Shown here piece by piece: positions 9,332 through 18,742 of a stretch of 52,623 nucleotides of DNA. The DNA lies in the NCBI GenBank assembly GCA_016284515.1, contig JAEEOY010000102.1:1-52623 (forward strand), read 5' to 3'. The DNA is from Kiritimatiellia bacterium (GTDB taxonomy: Bacteria > Verrucomicrobiota > Kiritimatiellia > RFP12 > UBA1067). Each line of letters opens with the position of its first letter. Position 1 is the stretch's first letter. Position numbers and translations under genes: made by a program. The notes under the pieces are model-generated. The model worked only from the letters and a program-made list of their open reading frames with translations, did no database searches and was not told where the DNA came from.

Positions 9332-10702
9332 ATGTCGTCAGTATTCGAGAAGATAATGTCGGACCGCGTGAAGTACTCGTGCAACGTGAAGACGCTCGGC
9401 GAGTGCAAGCTGCCGTCGCCTGTCCGTCACAAGAAGTACGTCGCGGATGGCGAACGCGTGTTCGCGACGGAGAACGAGACCTTCGCCAGGTACGCCGAGA
9501 CAAGGCTAGGGCACCTGCCTACGTTCGAGAAGGCGGGGCCGAAGGAGCGCATCTTCCACGATCCGAGATGGACGCGCGTCGGCATCGTGACGGCCGGCGG
9601 ACTCTGCCCCGGGCTCAACACGGTCATCAAGGGGCTTGTCGAAATCCTCAAGTTCGACTACGGCGTCACGAACATCTTTGGAATCCGCTACGGCTACGCG
9701 GGGCTCAATCCGAAGTACGGCTACGAGCCGAAGATGCTCGATCCCGACGCGGTGGACACGATCCACGAGGCTGGCGGCACGGTGCTCGGCTCGAGCCGCG
9801 GACAGCAGCCGTCCGACATCATGGTGGACACGCTCGTCAGGATGAACATCAACGTCCTCTTCTGCATCGGCGGCGACGGATCGCTGCGCTGCGCAAGCGA
9901 CATAGCTGCCGAGGTCGAGCGCAGGAACCTTAAGATTTCCGTCGTGGGCATTCCGAAGACGATCGACAACGACCTCATGTTCGTCGGACGGAGCTTCGGG
10001 TTCGAAAGCGCCGTCGCCGAGGCGGCGGAGGTGATACGCAACGCGCACATGGAGGCCAAGGGCACGCCGCACGGCATAGGGCTCGTCAAGCTGATGGGAC
10101 GCGACTCCGGATTCATCGCCGCGGCGGCGACGATCGCCAACCCCGTCGTCAACTTCTGCCTGGTACCCGAGATGAAGTTCGAGATGGAGGGTCCGAACGG
10201 ACTCCTCGCCGCGCTCGAGCGCCGCTTCGCGGCCGGGAAGTCGCACGCAGTCATCGTCGTTGCAGAGGGCGCGGGGCAGGAGCTTCTCGAGGGCGCCGAG
10301 GAGCGCGATGCGAGCGGAAACATCCTCAAGAAGGACATCGGCGACTTCCTGAAGCGCCGGATCGCCGCCCACTTCAAGGCGAAGGGCCTCGACTCCAGCG
10401 TCAAGTACATCGACCCGAGCTACATCATCCGCAGCTGCCCCGCGCGCGGAACGGACGCAATACGCTGCTACGAGCTCGCGCGCGCGGCGGTGCACGCCGC
10501 GATGGCGGGCCGCACCGACTGCGTCGTCGGAAACGTCGGCGAGAGCTGCTCGCTCGTGCCCATCGCCCTTGCGACGATCGAGCGCCAGAAGCTCGACATC
10601 GACAGCCAGGCGTGGAGAAGCGTCCTTGACGCGACGGGCCAGGAGTTCTACTTCAACGGAGTCGCGCGCGACATCTTCGCAGGCGACGCCTTTGCGCCGT
10701 GA
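9332..10702 (+). CDS. pfkA: 6-phosphofructokinase, group X type (probably ATP-dependent)
   Basis: GGLCPGLN, GGTVLGSSRG, IGGDGS, PKTIDND, KLMGRDSGFIA, YIDPSYIIRS. AAGGAGG SD before ATG 9332 and TGGTAAAAT at 9281-9289. Confidence 0.93.
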   Translation: MSSVFEKIMSDRVKYSCNVKTLGECKLPSPVRHKKYVADGERVFATENETFARYAETRLGHLPTFEKAGPKERIFHDPRWTRVGIVTAGGLCPGLNTVIKGLVEILKFDYGVTNIFGIRYGYAGLNPKYGYEPKMLDPDAVDTIHEAGGTVLGSSRGQQPSDIMVDTLVRMNINVLFCIGGDGSLRCASDIAAEVERRNLKISVVGIPKTIDNDLMFVGRSFGFESAVAEAAEVIRNAHMEAKGTPHGIGLVKLMGRDSGFIAAAATIANPVVNFCLVPEMKFEMEGPNGLLAALERRFAAGKSHAVIVVAEGAGQELLEGAEERDASGNILKKDIGDFLKRRIAAHFKAKGLDSSVKYIDPSYIIRSCPARGTDAIRCYELARAAVHAAMAGRTDCVVGNVGESCSLVPIALATIERQKLDIDSQAWRSVLDATGQEFYFNGVARDIFAGDAFAP

Positions 10703-10716
10703 CCGCAGATTTCCTG

Positions 10717-10742
10717 TGAACCTTCCGCCGCGCTGCGGCGTT
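10717..10742 (+). promoter_or_regulatory. Putative ECF-sigma promoter (TGAAC-N17-CGTT)
   Basis: Matches the typical ECF -35 AAC / -10 CGT architecture and lies 9 nt before the receptor ATG. Confidence 0.55.
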
Positions 10743-10751
10743 TGACAGGGC

Positions 10752-12878
10752 ATGAAAAGCGATCTAGTTGTCTTCTGCGCCGCAGTTTCCGGCGCGCTTG
10801 CGTGTTTCGGACAGGAGCCGTCGGCCGATGGCTCCGCTTCCACCAACTCCGTGGCCGACCTCGGCACGGTCGTGGTCGAAGGCTCGGCGCTCTCTAAGTA
10901 CCGCCCCGAGACCGTCAGTTCCGGCACCTTCACCGACGTTCCGCCCGAGAAGCTCCCCTGCGTAGTCGATACGCTCACCGAGGACTTCATCCGCGAGCAC
11001 AACCCCACGGACCTCAACGACCTACTGCGCCACGTGCCCGGAATCGAGACGGGCGGCACCTCGCTTCTCGTCCGCCAGCCAGGGCTTTTCACCATCCGCG
11101 GCAAGGGCGGAACGGAACCTGCGATCGATGGAATGTACTCCGTCGGACGCGGCCCCGGGCTTTTCATGGATCCGTTCCTCATGGAGCGCGTCGAGATCGT
11201 GAAGGGTCCGATAGCATCCCTCGCGGGCGGCTCGGGCGCGGCCTCAAACGCCAACGGCGCGGGCGGGTCGATCAACATGTACCTCAAGGGCGCGCACCTC
11301 AGGGGCGACGAGGTGAACCTCCAGGCGAACACCTCGGTCGGAAAGCACACCTTCCGCCAGCGCGGGATGGCCGACGCCAACGAGACGCTGCTCGACGGGA
11401 AGGGCGCGGTGCGCGTTGTCGGCACCGCTGACTACTACGAGCCCGCGTATATCCACGAGGGGTCGCAGAAGGGCGCGCGCGGACGCGAATCGTTCTCCGT
11501 TGCGCCGAGCTTCCTGTTCAAGCCGAACGACGACGTCACGTTCGGACTCAAGACGATGTTCCAGTACGCGGACACGCCGAGCTACATCGGCGTCCCCGTG
11601 TGGCGCGGACGCCCCGGCGGAGGCTACCGCTGGTACGAGTCGTCGTGCCTTCCCGGGGACCGTCAGCACTACGAGGGAATGCTCATCAACCCATGGGTCG
11701 ACTGGCAGGTGACGGAGAACTGGCTTCTCAAGTTCGGAGGCGCGTTTCAGTTTGCGTCCATGGACCAGACGACGCGCGAGCCGTACGCCGGACGCGGCGC
11801 GGAGCTCCTGAACTACTACGACACGGGGCTCTGGAGCTCCGGCGAGAAGTACATGACCTCCGGATTCTCGGAGTCTAAGTCGCTTCTGCGCACCTACAGC
11901 GCATACGGACGGTCGATATACGACACCGAGTTCGACTTCGGTCTCAAGAACAGCTTCCTCACCCAGCTTGACACGCGCTACAGCGACGGATCCGTCTTCT
12001 CCGCGGCAAACGCCCGCCACGGCGTGACGCTGCAGGACTCCGTGTCGTGGGGCTGGGTCACGCTCCTCGGCGGAGTGAGGTACGACTACATCCACCTGAA
12101 CGACGCGGCGGGAACCGCGGGGCAGGACGGACACGGCGTGTCGCCTCGCGGCGGAATCTCCGTGCAGCCGCTCGACTGGCTCGTCTTCTTCGGCAACCTC
12201 TCGCAGACGCGCACCCCCATGCTGAGCATGAAGGGCGCGGACGGCGATCCGCTGACGAAGCCCTGGTACGCGACGCAGATCGAGGGCGGCGTGAGGGTCA
12301 AGACCTTCGAGCGCCTGTGGCTCACCGCGTCCGCCTACCGCATCGAGCAGGAGAACACGCCCTCGCAGATCGCGAACACGACGTACTACGAGCAGGAGGG
12401 GCGCAACACCTCGCGCGGCGCGGAGCTGTCGCTCTCGGGCGACATCACGGACGACTGGACGATGATGGCGATGTATGCGTACAACAAGTACACGGACCGC
12501 ACGGTCGCGCCGGGCGAGAAGGGGCGCGACTTCGAGCGCTACCCCGCGCACGCGGTGACGTTCTCCACTTCTTACCGCATCTCGTCCGGTCCGCTGGAGG
12601 ACATCGTCCTCGGATGCGGCTTCAGGTTCCGCTCGATGAGCTACGCATGCGTCCGCGGGGTGTACCAGGACAAAAACCTCAGGTTCGACCCTTCCTACCT
12701 CTTCGACGTCAACGTCTCGATGCCGCTCTCGAAGTTCGGCGGACCCGAGAACTGGACTCTCACGCTCGGCGTCAGAAACCTCTTCGGGGAGAAGTACTTC
12801 GACACGGCGCGCCACTACTACGAGTGCCTTGTCGGGGAGCCGCGCACGTTCGAGATCGGGCTTCGCGCGAAGTTCTGA
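10752..12878 (+). CDS. TonB-dependent outer-membrane receptor
   Basis: Signal peptide, TonB-box-like TVVVEG, plug motifs (LRHVPGI, FTIRG, ERVEIVKGP), and C-terminal NLFGEKY...PRTFEIGLRAKF. Confidence 0.93.
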   Translation: MKSDLVVFCAAVSGALACFGQEPSADGSASTNSVADLGTVVVEGSALSKYRPETVSSGTFTDVPPEKLPCVVDTLTEDFIREHNPTDLNDLLRHVPGIETGGTSLLVRQPGLFTIRGKGGTEPAIDGMYSVGRGPGLFMDPFLMERVEIVKGPIASLAGGSGAASNANGAGGSINMYLKGAHLRGDEVNLQANTSVGKHTFRQRGMADANETLLDGKGAVRVVGTADYYEPAYIHEGSQKGARGRESFSVAPSFLFKPNDDVTFGLKTMFQYADTPSYIGVPVWRGRPGGGYRWYESSCLPGDRQHYEGMLINPWVDWQVTENWLLKFGGAFQFASMDQTTREPYAGRGAELLNYYDTGLWSSGEKYMTSGFSESKSLLRTYSAYGRSIYDTEFDFGLKNSFLTQLDTRYSDGSVFSAANARHGVTLQDSVSWGWVTLLGGVRYDYIHLNDAAGTAGQDGHGVSPRGGISVQPLDWLVFFGNLSQTRTPMLSMKGADGDPLTKPWYATQIEGGVRVKTFERLWLTASAYRIEQENTPSQIANTTYYEQEGRNTSRGAELSLSGDITDDWTMMAMYAYNKYTDRTVAPGEKGRDFERYPAHAVTFSTSYRISSGPLEDIVLGCGFRFRSMSYACVRGVYQDKNLRFDPSYLFDVNVSMPLSKFGGPENWTLTLGVRNLFGEKYFDTARHYYECLVGEPRTFEIGLRAKF

Positions 12879-12903
12879 CCTTAATTTCGTCCTCACCCCG
12901 CAC

Positions 12904-12933
12904 TTGATTTCCGCCCCCAGGTAATGGTATAAT
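12904..12933 (+). promoter_or_regulatory. Sigma70 promoter, probably leaderless (TTGATT-N18-TATAAT with TG extension)
   Basis: TATAAT 12928-12933 lies 6 nt before ATG 12940. Confidence 0.7.
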
Positions 12934-12939
12934 TACAGC

Positions 12940-13167
12940 ATGAAAATCAAAAAGCCTACGAAGGCGCCAGGCGCCGAAACAACAGGCGGGGCCGCAATCG
13001 CCGACAGGTTCAAGCTCGATCCCGTCGACAATTCCGCGAGCCGCGCTGGGACCGTCAGCAAGAAGTCTGCGACGACCGCGCTTATCTTCGGGCTGATCGC
13101 CCTTGCGGTCACGATTGCCCTTACGGTGACGATCTACCAGCACTGGAACTTCCTGATGCCGGTCTGA
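12940..13167 (+). CDS. Small hypothetical membrane protein with a single C-terminal TM helix
   Basis: 75 aa, with a promoter directly upstream and hydrophobic ALIFGLIALAVTIALTVTIY. Confidence 0.7.
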   Translation: MKIKKPTKAPGAETTGGAAIADRFKLDPVDNSASRAGTVSKKSATTALIFGLIALAVTIALTVTIYQHWNFLMPV

Positions 13168-13180
13168 GGAGCGCCTCGCC

Positions 13181-14068
13181 ATGAAGGATGTGATGCAGAG
13201 CACCCGGGCCAAAGCCGCGGTGAAGCTTGCGCTTGACGAAGACCTGGCCGACGCGGCGGACGCGCGACGCACGAAGTGGTGCGACGCCACGAGCGAGGCG
13301 CTGGTCGACCCGAAGGCGGTCGCTACCGGCGAGATATACTCCAAGGGGACTGGCTGCGTGGTTGCCGGCGCGACGGTCGCTAAGGCCGTCATGAAGGCGG
13401 TGGATCCGAAGATCAAGGTCAATATCCTCAAGCCCGACGGCTCCGTAGTCAAGCCGGGCGAGCCGATCCTGACTTTCCGCGGCAAGGCGCGTTCGATCCT
13501 CGCGGCGGAGCGCACGGCGCTAAACTTCATGCAGCGCATGTGTGCGACGGCGACGCTTGCGAAGAAGTTCGTGGACGCGACGAAGCGCTACGGCACTCTC
13601 ATCCTCGACACGCGAAAGACGACTCCCGGGCTCAGGGTGTTCGAGAAGTACGCCGTCACCTGCGGCGGCGGGACGAACCACCGATTCGGGATGTACGACC
13701 GCGTCCTAATGAAGGACAACCACCGCCGCCTGTGGAAGGGCGGCGATCCCGACGAACTTGACCAGGCAGTCGTCGCCGCGCGCAAGAAGTTCCCGAAGCT
13801 CGCCGTGGAGGTGGAGGTCGAGAGCCTCAGGGAGTGCGCGAGCGCGCTCAAGGCGAAGCCCGAGTGGATCATGCTCGACAACATGAGCTGCGCCGACATG
13901 AAGAAGTGCGTGAAGATGTGCCGCGGCATCTCGAAGACCGAGGCGTCCGGCGGCATAACGCTCGAGCGCGCGAAGGAGGTCGCCGCAACAGGCGTCACCG
14001 CGATTTCGCTCGGCTGCCTCACCCATTCCGCCGGTTCAGTGGACCTTTCGCTCGAGTGGCGTACATGA
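13181..14068 (+). CDS. nadC: Nicotinate-nucleotide pyrophosphorylase (quinolinate phosphoribosyltransferase)
   Basis: ERTALNF, LDTRKTTPGLR, NHRFGMYD, KDNH, EVEVE, IMLDNM, EASGGIT. Confidence 0.96.
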   Translation: MKDVMQSTRAKAAVKLALDEDLADAADARRTKWCDATSEALVDPKAVATGEIYSKGTGCVVAGATVAKAVMKAVDPKIKVNILKPDGSVVKPGEPILTFRGKARSILAAERTALNFMQRMCATATLAKKFVDATKRYGTLILDTRKTTPGLRVFEKYAVTCGGGTNHRFGMYDRVLMKDNHRRLWKGGDPDELDQAVVAARKKFPKLAVEVEVESLRECASALKAKPEWIMLDNMSCADMKKCVKMCRGISKTEASGGITLERAKEVAATGVTAISLGCLTHSAGSVDLSLEWRT

Positions 14069-14126
14069 CGGCGCCTGCGTCCGCAGCGGACGATGCAATT
14101 TCCATACAGTTACAGAGACAAAGACA

Positions 14127-15425
14127 ATGAAAGACCTTAAGGAAGCCTACAAGACCATCGAGGCGGACCATTTCGCGCCCAAGATGGAGATTTCGTTCAT
14201 CGACGGCGACAACCGCCAGACCTTCCAGTACGAGAAGGTGACGTGGAACATCGGCGGGGAGGAGAAGGGCCTGCGCTACGGCGAGAACCCCGGCCAGGAG
14301 GCCGCGCTCTACAGGCTCGTCAACGGCAACCTCGTTCTCGGCGACGTCGAGATGCTCCAGGCGGGGCAGTACCTCGCGTCCGTTCCGGAGCTCCTCCAGA
14401 GCGGCAAGCACCCCGGCAAGACGAACGTCACCGATACGGACAACGCGCTCAACATCCTCCGCTACCTGATGGAGAAGCCCACGGCCGTCATCGTCAAGCA
14501 CAACAACCCTTGCGGCGTCGCGACCGGGTCCACGCTTGCGGAGGCGTACTTCCGCGCGAACAAGGCCGACCGCCTCGCGGCGTTCGGCGGCGCGATCGCG
14601 CTGAACCGCGAGTGCGACATGGAGACGGCGAAGCTCATCGTCGAGAACTACGCCGAAGTCGTCGTCGCGCCTGACTTCAAGCCGGGCGTGATGGATCTCT
14701 TCGCGACGAAGAAGAACCTCAGGGTCTTCCGCATCAGGAACATGTCGCGCCTCACCGATTTCGTCGCGAAGCACGTAGTGGACTTCAAGTCCCTCATCGA
14801 CGGAGGCATCGTCGCGCAGACGTCGTTCAGCGCGAACGCGAGGAAGCCCGAGGACTTCATGCCCGCGTACTGCAACCGCAAGATCACGAACAAGGAGACG
14901 GGCGAGGTCCGCTTCGAGGAGCACAAGATCGCCCGCCTCCCGTCCGCGAAGGAGTACGAGGACCTCGTGTTCGGCTGGCTCGTCGAGGCCGGCGTCACGT
15001 CCAACTCTGTCCTCTATGTGAAGGACGGCGCGACGGTCGGAATCGGCACCGGCGAGCAGGACCGCGTCGGCGTCGCGGAGATCGCGCGCGACAAGGCGTA
15101 CACGAAGCACGCGGACTGGATCGCCTGGGAGAAGTACCAGAAGCCCTACAACGACCTCCGTCTCGTTTTCGGCGAGGAGGACGGCGCGAAGAAGCAGGCC
15201 GAGATCATGGAGCAGACGAAGGCAGAGAAGGGCGGTCTTCCCGGCTGCGCGATGGTCTCCGACGCGTTCTTCCCGTTCCGCGACGGAGCGGAAGTCGGCA
15301 TCCGCGAGGGCATCACCTCGATCGTCCAGCCGGGCGGAGCGATCCGCGACTGGGACGTCATCGACTGCTGCAACGACGCGGGCGTCGCGATGGTCTTCAC
15401 CGGCCAGCGCTCGTTCAGGCACTGA
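14127..15425 (+). CDS. purH: AICAR transformylase-domain protein (PurH-like, lacking the N-terminal MGS-like IMP cyclohydrolase domain)
   Basis: LRYGENPGQEAA near the N-terminus, IVKHNNPCGVA, AFGGAIALN, SNSV...GIGTGEQDRV, SDAFFPFRD, QPGGAIRD, RSFRH. Confidence 0.88.
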   Translation: MKDLKEAYKTIEADHFAPKMEISFIDGDNRQTFQYEKVTWNIGGEEKGLRYGENPGQEAALYRLVNGNLVLGDVEMLQAGQYLASVPELLQSGKHPGKTNVTDTDNALNILRYLMEKPTAVIVKHNNPCGVATGSTLAEAYFRANKADRLAAFGGAIALNRECDMETAKLIVENYAEVVVAPDFKPGVMDLFATKKNLRVFRIRNMSRLTDFVAKHVVDFKSLIDGGIVAQTSFSANARKPEDFMPAYCNRKITNKETGEVRFEEHKIARLPSAKEYEDLVFGWLVEAGVTSNSVLYVKDGATVGIGTGEQDRVGVAEIARDKAYTKHADWIAWEKYQKPYNDLRLVFGEEDGAKKQAEIMEQTKAEKGGLPGCAMVSDAFFPFRDGAEVGIREGITSIVQPGGAIRDWDVIDCCNDAGVAMVFTGQRSFRH

Positions 15426-15463
15426 GGCCTGGACTGCGCTTGCGGCGCTCCCCAAAAGGGTTA

Positions 15464-15492
15464 TTGCTAGCTGGCTGGCAATCTGCTAGAAT
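15464..15492 (+). promoter_or_regulatory. Sigma70 promoter (TTGCTA-N17-TAGAAT with TG extension)
   Basis: Canonical spacing, 34 nt upstream of ATG 15527. Confidence 0.6.
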
Positions 15493-15526
15493 TGTGTTGT
15501 CTTTTAGAACACGAAAAGGGAATACA

Positions 15527-18043
15527 ATGAAAAGAGCAGTTTCCGCAGTATGTGCCCTCGCGGGCGTCGCAATAGCCGGAGCATCCTTCGCAGCGAGCGA
15601 GGCGAAGATTTCGCTCCGTCCCGGAGAGAAGGGTCCAGATGTCCCCAAGACCCTCTACGGAATATTCTTCGAGGACATCAACTACTCCGCCGACGGCGGA
15701 ATCTACCCCGAGCTCGTCGCCAACCGTGGCTTCGACTGGGACAACGGCTCGACGCGCGGATGGGAGAACGACTTCCGCGGCGACGCGCAGGCGCGCGTCT
15801 CGATCGAGCACGGACGCCCCGTGCACGAGGTGACAGCGAGTCACGTCAGGATCGACGCGTACGGAGCAGGCGGCGGCAAGGGCGCAGGGCTGCGCAACCG
15901 CGGCTACCACGGAATGTACGTGGAGAAGGGGAAGAAGTACGACCTCTCGTTCTATGTCCGCGGCATCGACGGATACAAGGGCGGCGTGCGCGTGGTGCTC
16001 GAGGCCGACGGACGCGTCCTCGCCGAGAAGCGTGTCGCCAATTCGGAGATGAACGTCGGCAAGCCGCGCGGCGACGCCATCTTCCCCGAACTGCCGGAAT
16101 GGACCAAGGTCGCGGCCGTGTCCGAGCCATCGGAGACGACGCGCAAGGCGACGCTCTCCATCTTGGCCGACTCCGCCGGAATCGTCGAATTCGAGCAGGT
16201 TTCGCTTTTCCCGCAGGACACGTTCAACGGCAGGAAGAACGGCCTTCGCAAGGACCTTGTGCAGATGCTCAAGGACCTGAAGCCCGGCATAATGCGATTC
16301 CCTGGCGGATGCCTCGTCGAGGGCCGCGACTGGAACCTCTGGTACGACTGGAAGATCTCCGTCGGCGATGGATCGCTTGAGTCGCGCCGGTGCATCTGGA
16401 ACACTTGGGACTACTGGCAGACGATGGGACTTGGATACTTCGAGTACTTCTGCCTCTGCGAGGACCTCGGCTGCGAGCCGCTTCCCGTGATGGCGTCGGG
16501 GCTCACCTGCCAGTTTGCGAAGCCCGTAGACGCGGCACCGATGGAGTCCATGCCGTACTTCGCGCAGAACCTCCTCGACCTCATCGAGTTCGCGAACGGC
16601 GACGTCTCGACGAAGTGGGGCGCGCTGCGCGCGAAGATGGGCCACCCCAAGCCGTTCAACATGAAGTACCTCGGCATAGGAAACGAAAACTGGGACCAGG
16701 TATTCCTCGACAGGTTCGAGGCTATCGCGAAGGTCATCCGCGAGAAGCATCCCGAGATACGCATCGTTTCGTCCTCCGGCCCCGGCCCGGACGGACATTC
16801 CTTCGACTACGCGTGGAAGCGGCTCGACACGAAGCTCGCCGACGTCATAGACGAGCACTACTACCGTCCGCCGGAGTGGTTTCGCGAGCAGGGCGGACGC
16901 TACGACGGCTATGATCGCTCCGGAAAGAAGCCGAACGTCTATGCGGGCGAATATGCCTGCCACGTGAAGAACAGGGACAACAACCTCTACTCCGCGCTCT
17001 GCGAGGCTGGCGCGATGACCGGCTTCGAACGCAACTGCGACGTCGTGGAGATGACGAGCTATGCTCCGCTCTTCGCAAAGGTCGACTCGTACAAGTGGAA
17101 GCCGGACCTCATCTGGTTCGACAACGCAGGGTGCTTCGGGACGCCCAACTACTACGTCCAGCAGATGTTCGGCGTGAACCGTCCGAGCCGCATCGTCCCC
17201 TCGTCGGCGACTGCGTCGGGCGACGCCTCGTTCTCGTGCGAGGGAGAGCTTGCGCTCCACACATGGAACACGGCGGCCGAGTTCAAGGACATCAAGGTCG
17301 TCGACGGAAACGGGAAGAAGCTCCTCTCGGCCATGCCGGATCCGTCCAAGTGCAGAGTCGAGCGCAACGGACGCTGGACGCTCTCGGGCGGCGTGCTCCG
17401 GCAGGAGAACACCGGCGCGACGGACACGGCGCTTACTCTCCCCTGCGGCGTTGTCGGAGATGCGACTGTGACGTTCAAGGCACGCCGCACTGCGGGCGAC
17501 GAAGGTTTTCTTTTCAGGTTCCGCGCGAAAGACGGACGCCACGCGCACGTCAACATCGGCGGTTGGATGAACAAGGAGCACGGACTTGAGACGCTCGGCT
17601 TCTCCGCGTCGCTTCCTCCCAGGGTCGCCGGATCGCTCGAGAACAACCGCTGGTACGACGTCAAGGTCGTTCTCAAGGGCGATGCCGTCACGGTTTCGCT
17701 TGACGGACGCGAGATATTCTCCTCCGCACGCGTGACGGAGCGTGCGCAGAAGGACTTCTTCCAGGTGTGCGGATTCGACGCCGAGAAGGGCGAGCTTGTC
17801 GTCAAGTGCGTGAACATCTCCGACGAGGCGCGTCCGCTCACCATCGACTTCGGCATGGCCCTCAAGCCAGGAGAAGCGCGCAGGATCGAACTTTCCGGGA
17901 AGTCCGGCGATGTAAACGACCTCGCGAATCCGAAGCGCGTGGCACCGGTCGAGAAGACGTTCCGCTTCGCCGGCGGCCGCCAGTTCAAGACGGAGCTCGC
18001 GCCCAACTCGCTCACGGTGTTCAGGCTGCGCGCCTCCCTGTGA
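15527..18043 (+). CDS. Secreted alpha-L-arabinofuranosidase, GH51, with an inserted beta-sandwich domain
   Basis: Signal peptide, YGIFFEDINYSADGGIYPELVANRGF, RFPGGC, GIGNENW (acid/base), DEHYY, GEYA (nucleophile), SYAPLF. Confidence 0.93.
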   Translation: MKRAVSAVCALAGVAIAGASFAASEAKISLRPGEKGPDVPKTLYGIFFEDINYSADGGIYPELVANRGFDWDNGSTRGWENDFRGDAQARVSIEHGRPVHEVTASHVRIDAYGAGGGKGAGLRNRGYHGMYVEKGKKYDLSFYVRGIDGYKGGVRVVLEADGRVLAEKRVANSEMNVGKPRGDAIFPELPEWTKVAAVSEPSETTRKATLSILADSAGIVEFEQVSLFPQDTFNGRKNGLRKDLVQMLKDLKPGIMRFPGGCLVEGRDWNLWYDWKISVGDGSLESRRCIWNTWDYWQTMGLGYFEYFCLCEDLGCEPLPVMASGLTCQFAKPVDAAPMESMPYFAQNLLDLIEFANGDVSTKWGALRAKMGHPKPFNMKYLGIGNENWDQVFLDRFEAIAKVIREKHPEIRIVSSSGPGPDGHSFDYAWKRLDTKLADVIDEHYYRPPEWFREQGGRYDGYDRSGKKPNVYAGEYACHVKNRDNNLYSALCEAGAMTGFERNCDVVEMTSYAPLFAKVDSYKWKPDLIWFDNAGCFGTPNYYVQQMFGVNRPSRIVPSSATASGDASFSCEGELALHTWNTAAEFKDIKVVDGNGKKLLSAMPDPSKCRVERNGRWTLSGGVLRQENTGATDTALTLPCGVVGDATVTFKARRTAGDEGFLFRFRAKDGRHAHVNIGGWMNKEHGLETLGFSASLPPRVAGSLENNRWYDVKVVLKGDAVTVSLDGREIFSSARVTERAQKDFFQVCGFDAEKGELVVKCVNISDEARPLTIDFGMALKPGEARRIELSGKSGDVNDLANPKRVAPVEKTFRFAGGRQFKTELAPNSLTVFRLRASL

Positions 18044-18070
18044 GGGGCGTGGCAATCGCAGGGATTTGAC

Positions 18071-18664
18071 ATGGCGGTATTCCCCGAGACCTCGTACACG
18101 CTCATAAAGAAGCTGTCAGCGGATGTCACATCCGTGAGCGAGGCTGCGTGGGTTCGCTTCTTCGACCTCTACGTCCCCGTCATGCGCAGGTTCGTGGAGT
18201 GGAACGACAAGGCGCGCGATCCGGACGACGTCGTGCAGGACGTCCTTGTGAAGCTGCTGGATGCGGTGAGGAAAGGACGCTACGACCCCGGTCGCGCGAA
18301 GTTCCGCACCTTTCTCGCTACCGTCATCCGAAACCACCTCGTGTCGCTCTACCGAAAGGACGCGGCGCGCGGCGCGGGGTCCAACGTCTCCTTCGAGGAG
18401 CTTCTTACGGAGCCTTCCGTTCCGGCTTCGCAGGGCGATGCGCTCGACCTTGCGTGGGCGCGGGCGCGCCACGAGGCGGCGGTGGAGCATGTGCTCACGA
18501 AGACCGCGCTTTCCGCGCAGTCGAAGGCCGTGTACCGCGCGCACGTCCTCGAGGGGCGCCCGGCGGGCGATGTTGCGGCGGAGTTCGGCATCACGAAGGG
18601 CAACGTCGCGAAGATAAAGTTCCGCGTCGAGGGGATGGCCGCGGCGCTCGAGGGAGAGCTGTAG
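18071..18664 (+). CDS. ECF-family RNA polymerase sigma factor (PVC-type N-terminus)
   Basis: FPETSYTLI...AWVRFFDLY, DPDDVVQDV (region 2.2), KFRTFL, and a region 4 HTH (DVAAEFGITKGNV). Confidence 0.9.
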   Translation: MAVFPETSYTLIKKLSADVTSVSEAAWVRFFDLYVPVMRRFVEWNDKARDPDDVVQDVLVKLLDAVRKGRYDPGRAKFRTFLATVIRNHLVSLYRKDAARGAGSNVSFEELLTEPSVPASQGDALDLAWARARHEAAVEHVLTKTALSAQSKAVYRAHVLEGRPAGDVAAEFGITKGNVAKIKFRVEGMAAALEGEL

Positions 18665-18686
18665 AAAATTTTTTTTCGCGGCAGGT

Positions 18687-18711
18687 GGAATTTCGTCCGT
18701 TTCCGTGCGTA
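18687..18711 (+). promoter_or_regulatory. Putative ECF-sigma promoter (GGAAT-N16-CGTA) upstream of the prepilin-like gene
   Basis: ECF-like -35/-10 spacing, preceded by an A/T tract and followed by AAAGGA/GAGGTG SD-like sites. Confidence 0.5.
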
Positions 18712-18742
18712 CCTTGCTTCAGAAAGGAAAGCGAGGTGCAAC

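Noticed and set aside
14069-14126. ZMP/ZTP riboswitch before purH (or fhs), and TPP riboswitch before thiE
   Set aside because: The gaps are too short, no consensus elements are recognisable, and fhs and thiE appear leaderless.
15467-18055. Long minus-strand ORFs (for example 862 aa here; also 9506-11425, 11244-12896, 49261-50892)
   Set aside because: These are antisense shadows of real genes, expected from high GC3 codon bias, and carry no recognisable motifs.
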